A stretch of 62,236 nucleotides of DNA from positions 1-62,236 of IMG/VR virus record IMGVR_UViG_3300032237_000390. One strand, 5' to 3'. The notes beneath the pieces were generated by a model. The model made no database searches and was not told the origin of the DNA. It worked only from the letters and a program-made list of their open reading frames with translations. The translations under genes and the position numbers were made by a program. Below, in pieces: positions 39,301 through 47,938 of the stretch; the stretch's first letter is position 1; each line of letters begins with the position of its first letter. This stretch comes from a virus (Duplodnaviria; Caudoviricetes).

Positions 39301-42300
39301 ATTGGACGTAGAAGGAAATCCATTATTAGCAGATACAGGAATACAATGGGGTGTTGGTGGATTAGATGGTCCAAAGAAAAACGTATTAGCTAATGACCTT
39401 TTCCGTGCAGTACATGATGCTTTTGGACATGGTTTAGAGGGCTCAGGATTTAGAGCAAGAGGAGAAGAGAACGCTTGGCAAGCTCATGTTAGATTATTTA
39501 CAGGGTCTGCTATTGAAGCTTTGACAAGTGAGACAAGAGGTCAAAACTCTTGGTTAAACTTTGGTCCTAATGGAGAAAGCAATAGAAATGCAAAAGTAGA
39601 AGATACCGTTTTTGCAGAACAGAAGGTTGGCTTAATGCCTGAATGGACTTCAAAAGAAGGTCGTGCAGCAGATATGAAGCCTGCTAAAAAAACTGCACCT
39701 GAAGAAGGACCAACTGCAGAAGACTTAGCATCTATAGATGCTATGCTTGATTTAGATATGAATGACGAGGACAATATGTTAAGTGTCCTTAATGCTCTTG
39801 ATAAAATTGATAATGCAATATCTAAAAGACTACGTGGTAATGCTAACGATGCATTACTTGCCATACCGTTATCTACTGTTCAAGTAGTTATTAAAGCTAT
39901 TAAAGCATTAGTAAAAGGTGGTATGATGTTACGTGATGCCATCAGGAAAGTGGCTGCTGATAATAACATATCTCAAGATTCTGTTAAGGATATACTAAAC
40001 ATCTCTCCCATTCAAGATGCATTTAATGAATTAATGGGTAAGGTAGATGAGATGATACAACGTCAAACTGCAAGAGGTACTGAGCAAAAGAAAATGGTAA
40101 GCAACATTGACACGCTTGTAAGAAACTCTGAGGTATACCAAAACGCAAATGATGCACAGAAGAAAATATTAGAAAGGGAAGCAAGGACTCAAGCAGGTGC
40201 AAGAGAAAGACGTGCTCCCTCAATTGGTCGTATTCTTGGTGCACTTAAGGACATAACAAATGTATCAAGGCAAGATAAGTTAAAAATAATAAGTCAGATA
40301 AGGCAGTTGTCTAAAGATGCTGCTAAGGATTTAGCTAAAGAAATAAAAGACTTGGCTATACAGGGAAAGATTACCGTTAATCAAGCTGCAAATATTGTAT
40401 CAAGATTTGGTAAAGTTAATATGCTTAGTGAAATATCAGTGTCAAAGTTTGTTGACTATATGACTAAGGTATTTAATGATGCTGAGTATGCTTCTAAGTT
40501 AAGCACTGCTAAGTCATTAAAGAAAGATATTAAGAAACTCTCTAAGCTTAAAGACAAAAACGCAAACCTAAGAGACTTGGGTCAGAAGTTTTCAGAGATA
40601 GACCCATCAATGGTTCAGAATATTGATGAATATAATAATGTAGCTTCAAAAATAAAAGAAGCTATTAAGGGCTCAACAATAAGAGGTCAGAAAGTTTCAC
40701 TTGCCGATATGGTTAATATTGATGAGGCTACTGAATATATAAATAAAACATTGGAAGCTCAAGATAAATTGATGCGTGAGGAAAAAGCTGCTGAGATACA
40801 AGACTTAATGGGTATTGATGTGTCTGAGTTTAGCTATGATGATATGATGGCTTTATTGGAAAAGAAAGAGCCAATAACAAAATACAACGAAGGTATAATT
40901 AGAAGTGTAATTAATAAAGCATTTGGTGTATACTCTTCTTTAATAAAGGAAACAATTTCTACCGGTAAAGACCCATTCACAGGAGAAGATGTTGAGTTTA
41001 CTAAGTCTCAAAAAGATGTAGTAAAAAGATTTATGGACATGGACTTGAGTCTTCTTAAACCAAAAGAAGCACTACAAGCTGTTGATGCTCTTGCAAATTT
41101 CTTGCAGAATAAGTCAACTGCAAAAATGGAGACCGTTGTATCTCAATATACAGGAATTAAAAATGCAAAAGATTTAGCTGATAAAGGAATTAAAGCTTAC
41201 CCACTACAAAAGTATTGGTCTAAGTGGCTTGGTAAATTCTTGGGAGAGCAGGTGACAAACCTTAATATTTTTTTTGAAAGAATGTTTAAAGGATTTGAAC
41301 GTGGTGGCATGGTCATGGATAAGATGGGAGTTACTGATTTAATTAATGGTAAGTCATCGGCAGAGAGAGAATCAAATAACATTGTAGAAAAATACATAAA
41401 AGATTTTTATAATAGACAAGCTAATGGAGAATCTTTTAATAGTGAATATAATAATGTTGAAAGAGGGTTAGCTGCGTTCATGATGAGGAATGTCATTGGT
41501 ACTGAGCAGGAAATGGCTAATGAGTTTGAGAGAAGAAGAGGACTAATAGAACAATCAATTGAAGTACTATCTAATGGTAATGAAAAAGAAAAAGCAAGAG
41601 CTGAGCTTTATCAAAAAGCTTATGATAAAATTGTAAAAGATTCTAAAAATATAAAAGACATATCATCTAATGTTGACAAAACAAATTTAGAAGCTATTGA
41701 CTTTTGGAAAGAACAATGGAATAATAAGTATGAACAACTTTCTGATGTATCTCAAAATGTTTACAACAAAGTATTAGACAAGGATATAAACTATGTACCT
41801 GATAGATTTGTAAGAGTTGCTTCAGATACGGGTCCTATTGAATTAGACAACGAGCAGTCTGCTTTTCACGAGAATAACGGAACAATATACCAAAGAGAAA
41901 CAGGTGTGTTAATGACAGCAACAAGACCTGATGCTTTGCCTGTAGACCCTGAAAGTGGAGACGTAAGTAGGTATATTGATTTATCATTTGATAATAACAA
42001 TTCCAATTCAATGTATGATGCACTTGTTGATATAAATACTGCAGCTCCTATAAAACAAATACAATCTTTTACTAACTCTTCTGACTTTAAAAAGATTGTT
42101 CCTGAAGAAGGAGATGCAAGAATATTAAAGAATAGAATACAATTATATGTAAGAAACATTAGGAATAAGAATCCATTCAGCACTGATGAGATGGCTAAAG
42201 CTGTTAAGGGATTAAATAAAATTGCTGCCATTGGTGTTGGTCAAGCATTGGGTGGTGTTACTCAGCCAATAAAACAGGTTATACCTGTTGCTATGAATAC

Positions 42301-43891
42301 CATTATCAATGCAGGTGCATTAGATATAGGTGGTGTATTCAATGCAGATAAATTAAAATTCTTAATGGATTCAGGGTATGGCATCGCCAATAGGGGTGTT
42401 GAATCTCAAGCTCAAATAGAATCAATAAATAAATTAATTGAAAAAGCTTCTAAGACATCAGGCGAAAAAGCAATGAAGTTTATAGAGGATGCTAATAAAA
42501 AGTGGTTGGATTTGTTTTTAGTTAAGCCTGACGTATATATAGCGAGAGCTTCTTGGTTAACCTACTATGAGCAGGCATTGAAAAAACAAGGTGTTGATAC
42601 AAAGAACATGGACTACAGTAAGCATGAACTAAATAAAGATGCTGCTAACTATGCTCAAAGAATGGTTGATAGACAACAGAACGTATCTGATACTGACCTT
42701 TCCGGTAAGTTGTTTTCAAATAAAGAATCAGCAAACCAATTGTTGGTTAAAACAATTATGCCATTTGCAAGTTTCAGGATGAATCAATCTGCAAGATTAG
42801 GTGCTGACCTTGCAACACTTATGAATAAAACATCTACTCAAGAAGATAAAAAAATAGCAGCCAAATCTGTTTCAGGTTATGGTGTTGAGATGGTTACATT
42901 TAGATTGGTGTCAATAGCTTCTGCTATACTACTTGGAACTCTTGCTAAGAAAATTATGGGTAGAGAAGAAGATGACGAAGAAAAAGAAAAAAGAATTAAC
43001 AACATTATTAAAGGGGCAAAGACAGGAGCTTTTACAGATATATTCTCGCCACTTCCAATTGCAGATAAGTTGGTTCAACAAGGAGGCAGTGCTATATTAA
43101 ATAAAGTTGAGGAACTAACCAATGTACCTATTTCAATATTCGAACCAAACAAACAAGATTATTTACAGAACGCAGGTTTATTTGGTATATCTATAGAAAG
43201 AGCAGGTCAATTGTTTGAGTTGTCTAAGTTAGCTACAACAGGTGAATACACTGATGATTATGGAAAAGAAAAGACAATATCAGACGATGATATGAATGGT
43301 TTAAAGATGCTGATTGCTCCGGCTATAATGACTAACATTGGATTGGCTCCATCTGAGGTTAATACTATTGTAAGGTATGCTATAAAAGATGCTAAAAAGA
43401 AACCTACGGGTGGTGACGGTAGTCAAGAAAAAGCTGCAGAAAAAAAAGAAACTATTAAACAAAAAACTGAAGCACTTGAAAATGTAAAAGAAGAAATATC
43501 TGACCCTGATTTAATCAATGCAATCGATGAAAAAATTGATGAGTTGGATGCTACCAAAGAAGAAAGGGCTAAAATTAAAGCAAAGAATAAAAAAGAACGA
43601 GAACTAAAAAACAAACTTCTTACTGACCCTGACACAGGAGAGGAGTATGATAACGAGTCTGAATTAAAAAGATATAACAAGCCTTTATGGGAACAAAACT
43701 TTGGTCCTAATTCAGATTGGTATCAACAACATCTGTATGAAAACGAGGCAGATAAATTAATGAATAAAGAAATAAGAAAGATGGAAGATGAGGAGCAAGG
43801 ATATTATGCACCTGTCAAAAAGAAAAACTCTGATGGTAGTTTAAAAAGAAAGTCATCAGGATTTGGGTCATCTAAATTTGGCGGGGGTTAA
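36320..43891 (+). CDS. Giant internal virion/ejection protein (polyvalent-like, 2523 aa)
   Basis: Size, Gly/Ala-rich membrane-like segments, internal HDxxGH domain; last gene of the ejection triplet. Confidence 0.75.
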   Translation: MDELQKLYDLLVREGKYTKSFDEFKVKWGSEQGYQDKVFNVVSRDGFYTKDKESFINKYAAPELKKKEKGNVPSSMELPSEDGKLVSQEPIETLAVGPMGITGLQRTAEYVPAKEQKKQGDVLNLVSSLNKGFYQNLIGSPVKGLGTLLEGATGKGYVSDALIKFGNYFNKTIDEITPQDEEYKNSLTDQFGQAFGQVASMVLTGKAGAIGKGTGAAAEAEAALASQIIPTTSTAATVGKQFVSDLANPVSVSAGLAMGQSEFDRAKEAGASDEQAFNVFYKNAAVGSVLEQLPVMQFLKRFEKASAGGLLNYIKTKGVAGVTGGLEEMTTEVLQQLYANKTAQEVYNINQDLFEGVGASGGVGFGVGFLLNAMGANAKLLRKEGKNTEADVVEKQITEIENQAQRGGPSSYSVNGISIQPIINEEGIQQDPRDVVSNMIDNMTATDLSKMNIDITNDPELKIKLQDKIVTSSIKEQVRESNPNLNEEQLDEITNLEKELRKFEGNTTQSGKDKAAAIRSQIKTIQENAIQEQSTNESVLRTEQPEVGLQQVGEGNVQPEVTTEGTQEVVTPQEEVVASEEMATQLNDLVDNFTIAYSQVPVGQTTSEKRASTTKANKAIKKLNDFFGFTFGSRANEEQASKQDALTNIKSLLDPNSSLSQFANITELINAYKSDKQNNVESQLVKDVDTIFGVAPVVSSKTQEVAPVVEQYVPIVPKKITHDKFTRDNAIDYEEGERETDSGRTVTYLASLTVEAQDENGDTIGSLTKITDEDGIVSWNAADVDGNELSFDGFDSKDEAKQALADKVNKVIKKEFDKEAKKKTKAKEKKSKFAKDETVRPQPTRDRAGRSESSTITPLEGSPSVPGVNGPDPQLVAVAEQYAKENGIPFKRQAEYVKVDEERAKRIADAYEAMANDPQNPKVKEAYQNLIKQTIAQYEALVKAGYKFWFMDLNIPSNAEYASTPYNAIRDLRKNKEMGVFATTDGYGDSGLTELDVEGNPLLADTGIQWGVGGLDGPKKNVLANDLFRAVHDAFGHGLEGSGFRARGEENAWQAHVRLFTGSAIEALTSETRGQNSWLNFGPNGESNRNAKVEDTVFAEQKVGLMPEWTSKEGRAADMKPAKKTAPEEGPTAEDLASIDAMLDLDMNDEDNMLSVLNALDKIDNAISKRLRGNANDALLAIPLSTVQVVIKAIKALVKGGMMLRDAIRKVAADNNISQDSVKDILNISPIQDAFNELMGKVDEMIQRQTARGTEQKKMVSNIDTLVRNSEVYQNANDAQKKILEREARTQAGARERRAPSIGRILGALKDITNVSRQDKLKIISQIRQLSKDAAKDLAKEIKDLAIQGKITVNQAANIVSRFGKVNMLSEISVSKFVDYMTKVFNDAEYASKLSTAKSLKKDIKKLSKLKDKNANLRDLGQKFSEIDPSMVQNIDEYNNVASKIKEAIKGSTIRGQKVSLADMVNIDEATEYINKTLEAQDKLMREEKAAEIQDLMGIDVSEFSYDDMMALLEKKEPITKYNEGIIRSVINKAFGVYSSLIKETISTGKDPFTGEDVEFTKSQKDVVKRFMDMDLSLLKPKEALQAVDALANFLQNKSTAKMETVVSQYTGIKNAKDLADKGIKAYPLQKYWSKWLGKFLGEQVTNLNIFFERMFKGFERGGMVMDKMGVTDLINGKSSAERESNNIVEKYIKDFYNRQANGESFNSEYNNVERGLAAFMMRNVIGTEQEMANEFERRRGLIEQSIEVLSNGNEKEKARAELYQKAYDKIVKDSKNIKDISSNVDKTNLEAIDFWKEQWNNKYEQLSDVSQNVYNKVLDKDINYVPDRFVRVASDTGPIELDNEQSAFHENNGTIYQRETGVLMTATRPDALPVDPESGDVSRYIDLSFDNNNSNSMYDALVDINTAAPIKQIQSFTNSSDFKKIVPEEGDARILKNRIQLYVRNIRNKNPFSTDEMAKAVKGLNKIAAIGVGQALGGVTQPIKQVIPVAMNTIINAGALDIGGVFNADKLKFLMDSGYGIANRGVESQAQIESINKLIEKASKTSGEKAMKFIEDANKKWLDLFLVKPDVYIARASWLTYYEQALKKQGVDTKNMDYSKHELNKDAANYAQRMVDRQQNVSDTDLSGKLFSNKESANQLLVKTIMPFASFRMNQSARLGADLATLMNKTSTQEDKKIAAKSVSGYGVEMVTFRLVSIASAILLGTLAKKIMGREEDDEEKEKRINNIIKGAKTGAFTDIFSPLPIADKLVQQGGSAILNKVEELTNVPISIFEPNKQDYLQNAGLFGISIERAGQLFELSKLATTGEYTDDYGKEKTISDDDMNGLKMLIAPAIMTNIGLAPSEVNTIVRYAIKDAKKKPTGGDGSQEKAAEKKETIKQKTEALENVKEEISDPDLINAIDEKIDELDATKEERAKIKAKNKKERELKNKLLTDPDTGEEYDNESELKRYNKPLWEQNFGPNSDWYQQHLYENEADKLMNKEIRKMEDEEQGYYAPVKKKNSDGSLKRKSSGFGSSKFGGG
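37902..38048 (+). CDS. Candidate overprinted 48-aa basic protein in the +1 frame
   Basis: MPFKNKAQMKACYAQNNPKWDCSKWAKETSNLKSLP...; A-rich leader before the ATG. Confidence 0.5.
   Translation: MPFKNKAQMKACYAQNNPKWDCSKWAKETSNLKSLPKGPKKSSPRKKK
38411..38426. repeat. 16-bp near-palindrome, copy 4 (in the giant gene)
   Basis: Exact GTGTCTTCAAAGACAC. Confidence 0.95.
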
Positions 43892-43901
43892 ACAATAACC
43901 T

Positions 43902-44648
43902 ATGACAAAACAAAGTGGTATCACTAAGAGAAGAAGATTATTCTTTGACATAGAGACTTCTCCCAACATCGGGTTATTTTGGGAGGCAGGATACAAGAAG
44001 AACATAGACTATTCCAATATAATAAAGGAACGGGCTATCATCTGTATCTGTTACAAGTGGGAGGATGAGAAGGAGGTAAGTGAAGTTCATTGGGATGCAA
44101 AGCAATGCGACAAGGCACTGCTTACTAAGTTTATAAAGGTTGCAAATGAGGCGGATGAAATGGTGGGTCACAATGGGGATAGGTTCGACCTCGCTTGGAT
44201 TAGGACAAGGTGCTTGTTCCACAGAATAAGTATGTTTCCCACATATACCACAATTGATACACTGAAGGTAGCAAGAAGAATATTTAGATTTAATTCAAAC
44301 AAATTGAATTATATTGCTGACTTCTTGGGTATAGGTCAGAAGATTAAAACGGAATTTGGATTATGGAAAGACATAGTTTTAAGGAAGGACGCAAAGGCAA
44401 TGCAGAAAATGATTCTGTATTGTAAAAAAGATGTTGTTTTACTTGAAAAAGTTTTTAAAGAATTAAACAATCATGTATTGTCAAAGACACATTATGGTGT
44501 TATATTTGGAGAAGATAGAGGAAGCTGTCCCGAATGTGGTTCTAATGAAATTTTAATTCACATGAGAAGAGTAATGGCTTCGGGGATTAAAAAAATAGTT
44601 TATAAATGTAAAATTTGCGGAAAGTCTCACTCAAAAATTGACAAATGA
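43902..44648 (+). CDS. DEDD/RNase H-like 3'-5' exonuclease with C-terminal Zn ribbon
   Basis: FDIET, GHNGDRFD, YCKKDV; CPEC...CKIC. Confidence 0.85.
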   Translation: MTKQSGITKRRRLFFDIETSPNIGLFWEAGYKKNIDYSNIIKERAIICICYKWEDEKEVSEVHWDAKQCDKALLTKFIKVANEADEMVGHNGDRFDLAWIRTRCLFHRISMFPTYTTIDTLKVARRIFRFNSNKLNYIADFLGIGQKIKTEFGLWKDIVLRKDAKAMQKMILYCKKDVVLLEKVFKELNNHVLSKTHYGVIFGEDRGSCPECGSNEILIHMRRVMASGIKKIVYKCKICGKSHSKIDK

Positions 44649-44833
44649 TACCTAAAAAATTGGAAAAAATGAGTCTTGAACAACAGGAGTCCTACTTGTT
44701 AGCTAAGTTAATTGAACTGCAGAAGAAAGAAGAGATATACAGAAGGGCACTTGCAAAGGTAAGGGGCAAAACTAAGATAGATACAGGTGATTGGGAGCGA
44801 ATGGACCTAATGGAACTAAAGGGTGAAGATTAA
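44645..44833 (+). CDS. Hypothetical protein
   Basis: ORF track. Confidence 0.6.
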   Translation: MIPKKLEKMSLEQQESYLLAKLIELQKKEEIYRRALAKVRGKTKIDTGDWERMDLMELKGED

Positions 44834-45092
44834 AGTCAAATATAAAAAATTAGGTAAAGAAAAAGCTTGGGGTTTAGCAGACTCAGATGGTACTGTTTAT
44901 ATTGACCCAAGATTAAAAGGAAAGAAGGCACTTGAGATATTAATACATGAATGCATTCATATACTTTGGGAGAACGATAGCGAAGAAGAAGTAATTAAAA
45001 AAAGTGTTGCCTTGTGTAATACTTTATGGAATCAAAGATATAGGAGAATAGAAGAAGACAAAGAGCAACCCCTACAAGATGGTAGTCTATAA
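44823..45092 (+). CDS. Small zincin-like (HExxH) protein
   Basis: VYIDPRL...ILIHECIH...EE. Confidence 0.7.
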   Translation: MKIKVKYKKLGKEKAWGLADSDGTVYIDPRLKGKKALEILIHECIHILWENDSEEEVIKKSVALCNTLWNQRYRRIEEDKEQPLQDGSL

Positions 45093-45509
45093 GTATCTTA
45101 CATATTTAAACTCTTTTTGCTTATCGTAATAAGCCATCACCTCTACATCATTGTAAGAATCTTCACGAGTCAGTCTGCCTCCCCATTTAATTTGACCTAC
45201 AAGATTAACTGCCTTCCCGTATATTATACCATCTTCGCAAGCCCATATTATAACGGGAACCAATCTTTTATCTATCAGTTTAATTAGCTTTTTAACTGAT
45301 ATTGGTAGAGGGTATGCATCCCTTATTGTTTTGTTTCTTCCTTTAACTTCAACATAGGATATAAGATTTTCGTCCTTATCGAACACCTTGTAGTCTACAT
45401 CATGCGGGTCCAACTTTTTAAATGAACCATTGAACACGTTTACGAATGTTTCGATTGCTTTCTTTTCCTTTAACTTGTCTTGGTCTGTTTCAAAAGTCAT
45501 CGTCTTCAA
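45087..45509 (-). CDS. PD-(D/E)xK nuclease-like protein
   Basis: VDY...YVEVKGR. Confidence 0.65.
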   Translation of the reverse strand: MKTMTFETDQDKLKEKKAIETFVNVFNGSFKKLDPHDVDYKVFDKDENLISYVEVKGRNKTIRDAYPLPISVKKLIKLIDKRLVPVIIWACEDGIIYGKAVNLVGQIKWGGRLTREDSYNDVEVMAYYDKQKEFKYVRYL

Positions 45510-45675
45510 TTATTTTTATTACTTGCCTTAAGTCTTTAAGCAAATTAATTATATCTTTTTTTGCATCAACATATTCCCTATCTACTAAGCTTTCGTATAT
45601 AGTAGTTATTGATATATGAAACCCTTCTGTCATGAAGGATATTCTGTGTGCCCTTTCTTTCTCCTTGTTATTCAT
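45490..45675 (-). CDS. Hypothetical protein
   Basis: ORF track. Confidence 0.6.
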   Translation of the reverse strand: MNNKEKERAHRISFMTEGFHISITTIYESLVDREYVDAKKDIINLLKDLRQVIKIIEDDDF

Positions 45676-46216
45676 CGAACATTTTTATTATTTTTCTTTC
45701 AATTATAAATTCGTGTCCTTTTGGTGTGTGCTCATCTATAAACTTAAATACTCTATTTAATCTTTTGTTTGATAATTTTGATTCTTCTTTTAATTTTTTT
45801 ATTTCTTTTTGAAGGTGCCCATTTTCTATCATTAGTACTTCTATTTTACTACTTAACCTAAACACCTCAATTTTTAAATCTTCTTTTTTACTAATGAATT
45901 TTGGGTCTCTATCTGCCATAAATATATCTCTACATTTATGATACTTTTTTAATAGTTCTTCATCTATTTCAAGTAGTTTTCTTACTGAAGATAGATAGTG
46001 TATTATTGTTGTATGGTCTTTGTTAAGAGACATACCAATCCTATTAAGAGAATAATTAAGCTCTCTTAATATATATGCATACACCATTCGTGCCTCAACA
46101 ACACATCTTCTCCTATTTGTTTCCATCAATCCAACTGACATTACCATCTCTACTATGTTTTTTAAAGTATCTATATCACTGTTGCTCTCCTCTGTAAACT
46201 TCTGTGTTAATTCCAT
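45668..46216 (-). CDS. DnaA domain IV (Bac_DnaA_C)-like HTH plus coiled coil
   Basis: R.R.VVEAR.V..Y.LR...SL..IG...KDHTTIIH. Confidence 0.8.
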   Translation of the reverse strand: MELTQKFTEESNSDIDTLKNIVEMVMSVGLMETNRRRCVVEARMVYAYILRELNYSLNRIGMSLNKDHTTIIHYLSSVRKLLEIDEELLKKYHKCRDIFMADRDPKFISKKEDLKIEVFRLSSKIEVLMIENGHLQKEIKKLKEESKLSNKRLNRVFKFIDEHTPKGHEFIIERKIIKMFDE

Positions 46217-46424
46217 GTTGATTTAATTCTTTTATTCTGTATTCTTGTAATTTAGATAACTTTCCTTCAGGTCTTTTAACTTCGCAAAACAACACATCGC
46301 TATCCCTTGGGATTGCGATAAGGTCAGGAATACCATTCTTGTTTGTTCTAACAAGTTTAATTACATAATATCCTTGAGCCTCAAGTTCTTTTATCCTTCT
46401 GCTCTGTATCTGTTGCTCTGTCAT
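46176..46424 (-). CDS. VRR-NUC / Holliday-junction-resolvase-like nuclease
   Basis: GIPDLIA...FCEVK...G.LSKLQ. Confidence 0.85.
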   Translation of the reverse strand: MTEQQIQSRRIKELEAQGYYVIKLVRTNKNGIPDLIAIPRDSDVLFCEVKRPEGKLSKLQEYRIKELNQHGINTEVYRGEQQ

Positions 46425-46589
46425 TTAATCTTGATTTCTTTTGTAATGATTTCAACTAATGTATTAAAGTCTTTTGATTTTAATACACAATCTAATTCAT
46501 CATTGTCCCAATACTTATTGTACTTGTCTCTTGGTATAGCGTTCCATAATCCGGTAAAGTGGTTGTAATGAAATACCCAATCATAAAGT

Positions 46590-46781
46590 TTACTCATGTT
46601 TTAACATTTGTTTTATTTTTTCTAAATATAGACAATAGTCCATGGCTTCTTCTTGAGCATGGTTAACCCAATCTAATAACTGAAGGTCATTCCTATCAAG
46701 GGTTGTTCCGTATTTAAGTTGCCCCTTGTCAGACCTTTCCTTGTACTTATCTATTAATGCTTCAAGTATTTTATCTTTCAT
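46590..46781 (-). CDS. Small phage protein (KYGTTL...HAQEE.MD)
   Basis: ORF track. Confidence 0.7.
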   Translation of the reverse strand: MKDKILEALIDKYKERSDKGQLKYGTTLDRNDLQLLDWVNHAQEEAMDYCLYLEKIKQMLKHE

Positions 46782-46852
46782 TAGAAATATGTTTACAATT
46801 ATGGTTTAATTTATTTAAAACAATGGTTTTTATTAATGAATTAGAAATATAT

Positions 46853-47086
46853 TTAGTCTACCATATCTAAGTCAACATGGGATTCTCTCATCAACTCATG
46901 AAGCTTATCTCTTATTTCTTGATAGGCATCATACTTATCTTGTGGCAAATCATCAGGTGCATACTTTGTTTTAGCCCTTAATTCATTGTCAAGTTCATAT
47001 AATACCCTCCAAAAGTTTAACCCATTATTTGCAAGTTCATATTCCTGTTGGTCATCCGGTAAATTAAATTCTAATATTGCTTTCAT
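46853..47086 (-). CDS. Hypothetical protein (MKA.LEF.LPD)
   Basis: ORF track. Confidence 0.7.
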   Translation of the reverse strand: MKAILEFNLPDDQQEYELANNGLNFWRVLYELDNELRAKTKYAPDDLPQDKYDAYQEIRDKLHELMRESHVDLDMVD

Positions 47087-47203
47087 ATTTAGTAGTAATG
47101 CTGCATGAATTTTTCTTAAAAATCATGCAATTTTAAAGTATATCTTAATATTTATGTGTAATATTTGCTACATTAATTCGGTTTTTGTCCGATATATAAT
47201 ACA

Positions 47204-47440
47204 TTATTTGACATATATTTCGTTGTAGTATTCTCTACCTATTCTATTTTCATCATTTGTTCCTGAATCAAATGCATCTATTATCTGCTCTTTCTCCATT
47301 GCTTTGGCTTGTTCTAATATATCATTCATCTCTTTACCATCTCCCTTCATCTCAAATCTCTCATACAACTGAATGAATAACCATTCTACTGCTGTAACCA
47401 TTTTGTTGGTGTCACCAATATGGTCTGTTTGTTGTGGCAT
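47204..47440 (-). CDS. Hypothetical protein (TAVEWL...AK.MEKEQI.DA)
   Basis: ORF track. Confidence 0.7.
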   Translation of the reverse strand: MPQQTDHIGDTNKMVTAVEWLFIQLYERFEMKGDGKEMNDILEQAKAMEKEQIIDAFDSGTNDENRIGREYYNEIYVK

Positions 47441-47442
47441 AG

Positions 47443-47634
47443 TTATTTAAATTTGTCAAGTTTTTTGCTCTGTTTACTTGACATCTCTATCTCCCAATAG
47501 TGTTCGCATATCCCTGAATAGTATGGGGTATCGATAAAGTATGACTGAGAGTACTCTGATGGTATGGCTTTATACCTATAGCAGGTTTCTTTTAGTGGGC
47601 AGTCATTACCCGGACACATTGTTATATCAGGCAT
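47443..47634 (-). CDS. Small Cys-rich protein
   Basis: DITMC...CP.KETCYR...QSYF. Confidence 0.7.
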   Translation of the reverse strand: MPDITMCPGNDCPLKETCYRYKAIPSEYSQSYFIDTPYYSGICEHYWEIEMSSKQSKKLDKFK

Positions 47635-47938
47635 TGTTTAAAATATTTGATTGTGACATTAATTCTTTTATGGACATGTTAATCTTTGCACATACTTTAA
47701 TAAACTCTTGTAACTTATATAGGTCGTCTTTAAGAAAAGCAAACCTATGAGCCAAGAAGTATTCGTATGGTGCACAACTCTCATCAAGTGTTATCTCCTC
47801 CAACTGAAGACCTAACTCCCTCTGAGGCAACACAACAATAGCAAACTCAATAGTATAAACCTGACCCTTCTTTACCCATTTACCTTTTGGTATATCATTG
47901 GGTCTGTCTTTATCATTTATGCACGCACATCTAATCAT
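47627..47938 (-). CDS. Hypothetical protein
   Basis: ORF track. Confidence 0.7.
   Translation of the reverse strand: MIRCACINDKDRPNDIPKGKWVKKGQVYTIEFAIVVLPQRELGLQLEEITLDESCAPYEYFLAHRFAFLKDDLYKLQEFIKVCAKINMSIKELMSQSNILNNA

Noticed and set aside
36320-43891. Virion RNA polymerase in the giant protein
   Set aside because: No DxDxD/DFDID-type catalytic motif recognised, and late genes have host-type -7 promoter boxes
44474-44490. Degenerate copy of the 16-bp element (GTATTGTCAAAGACAC)
   Set aside because: Only 13/16 match with the left arm broken, while all other copies are exact; may be chance
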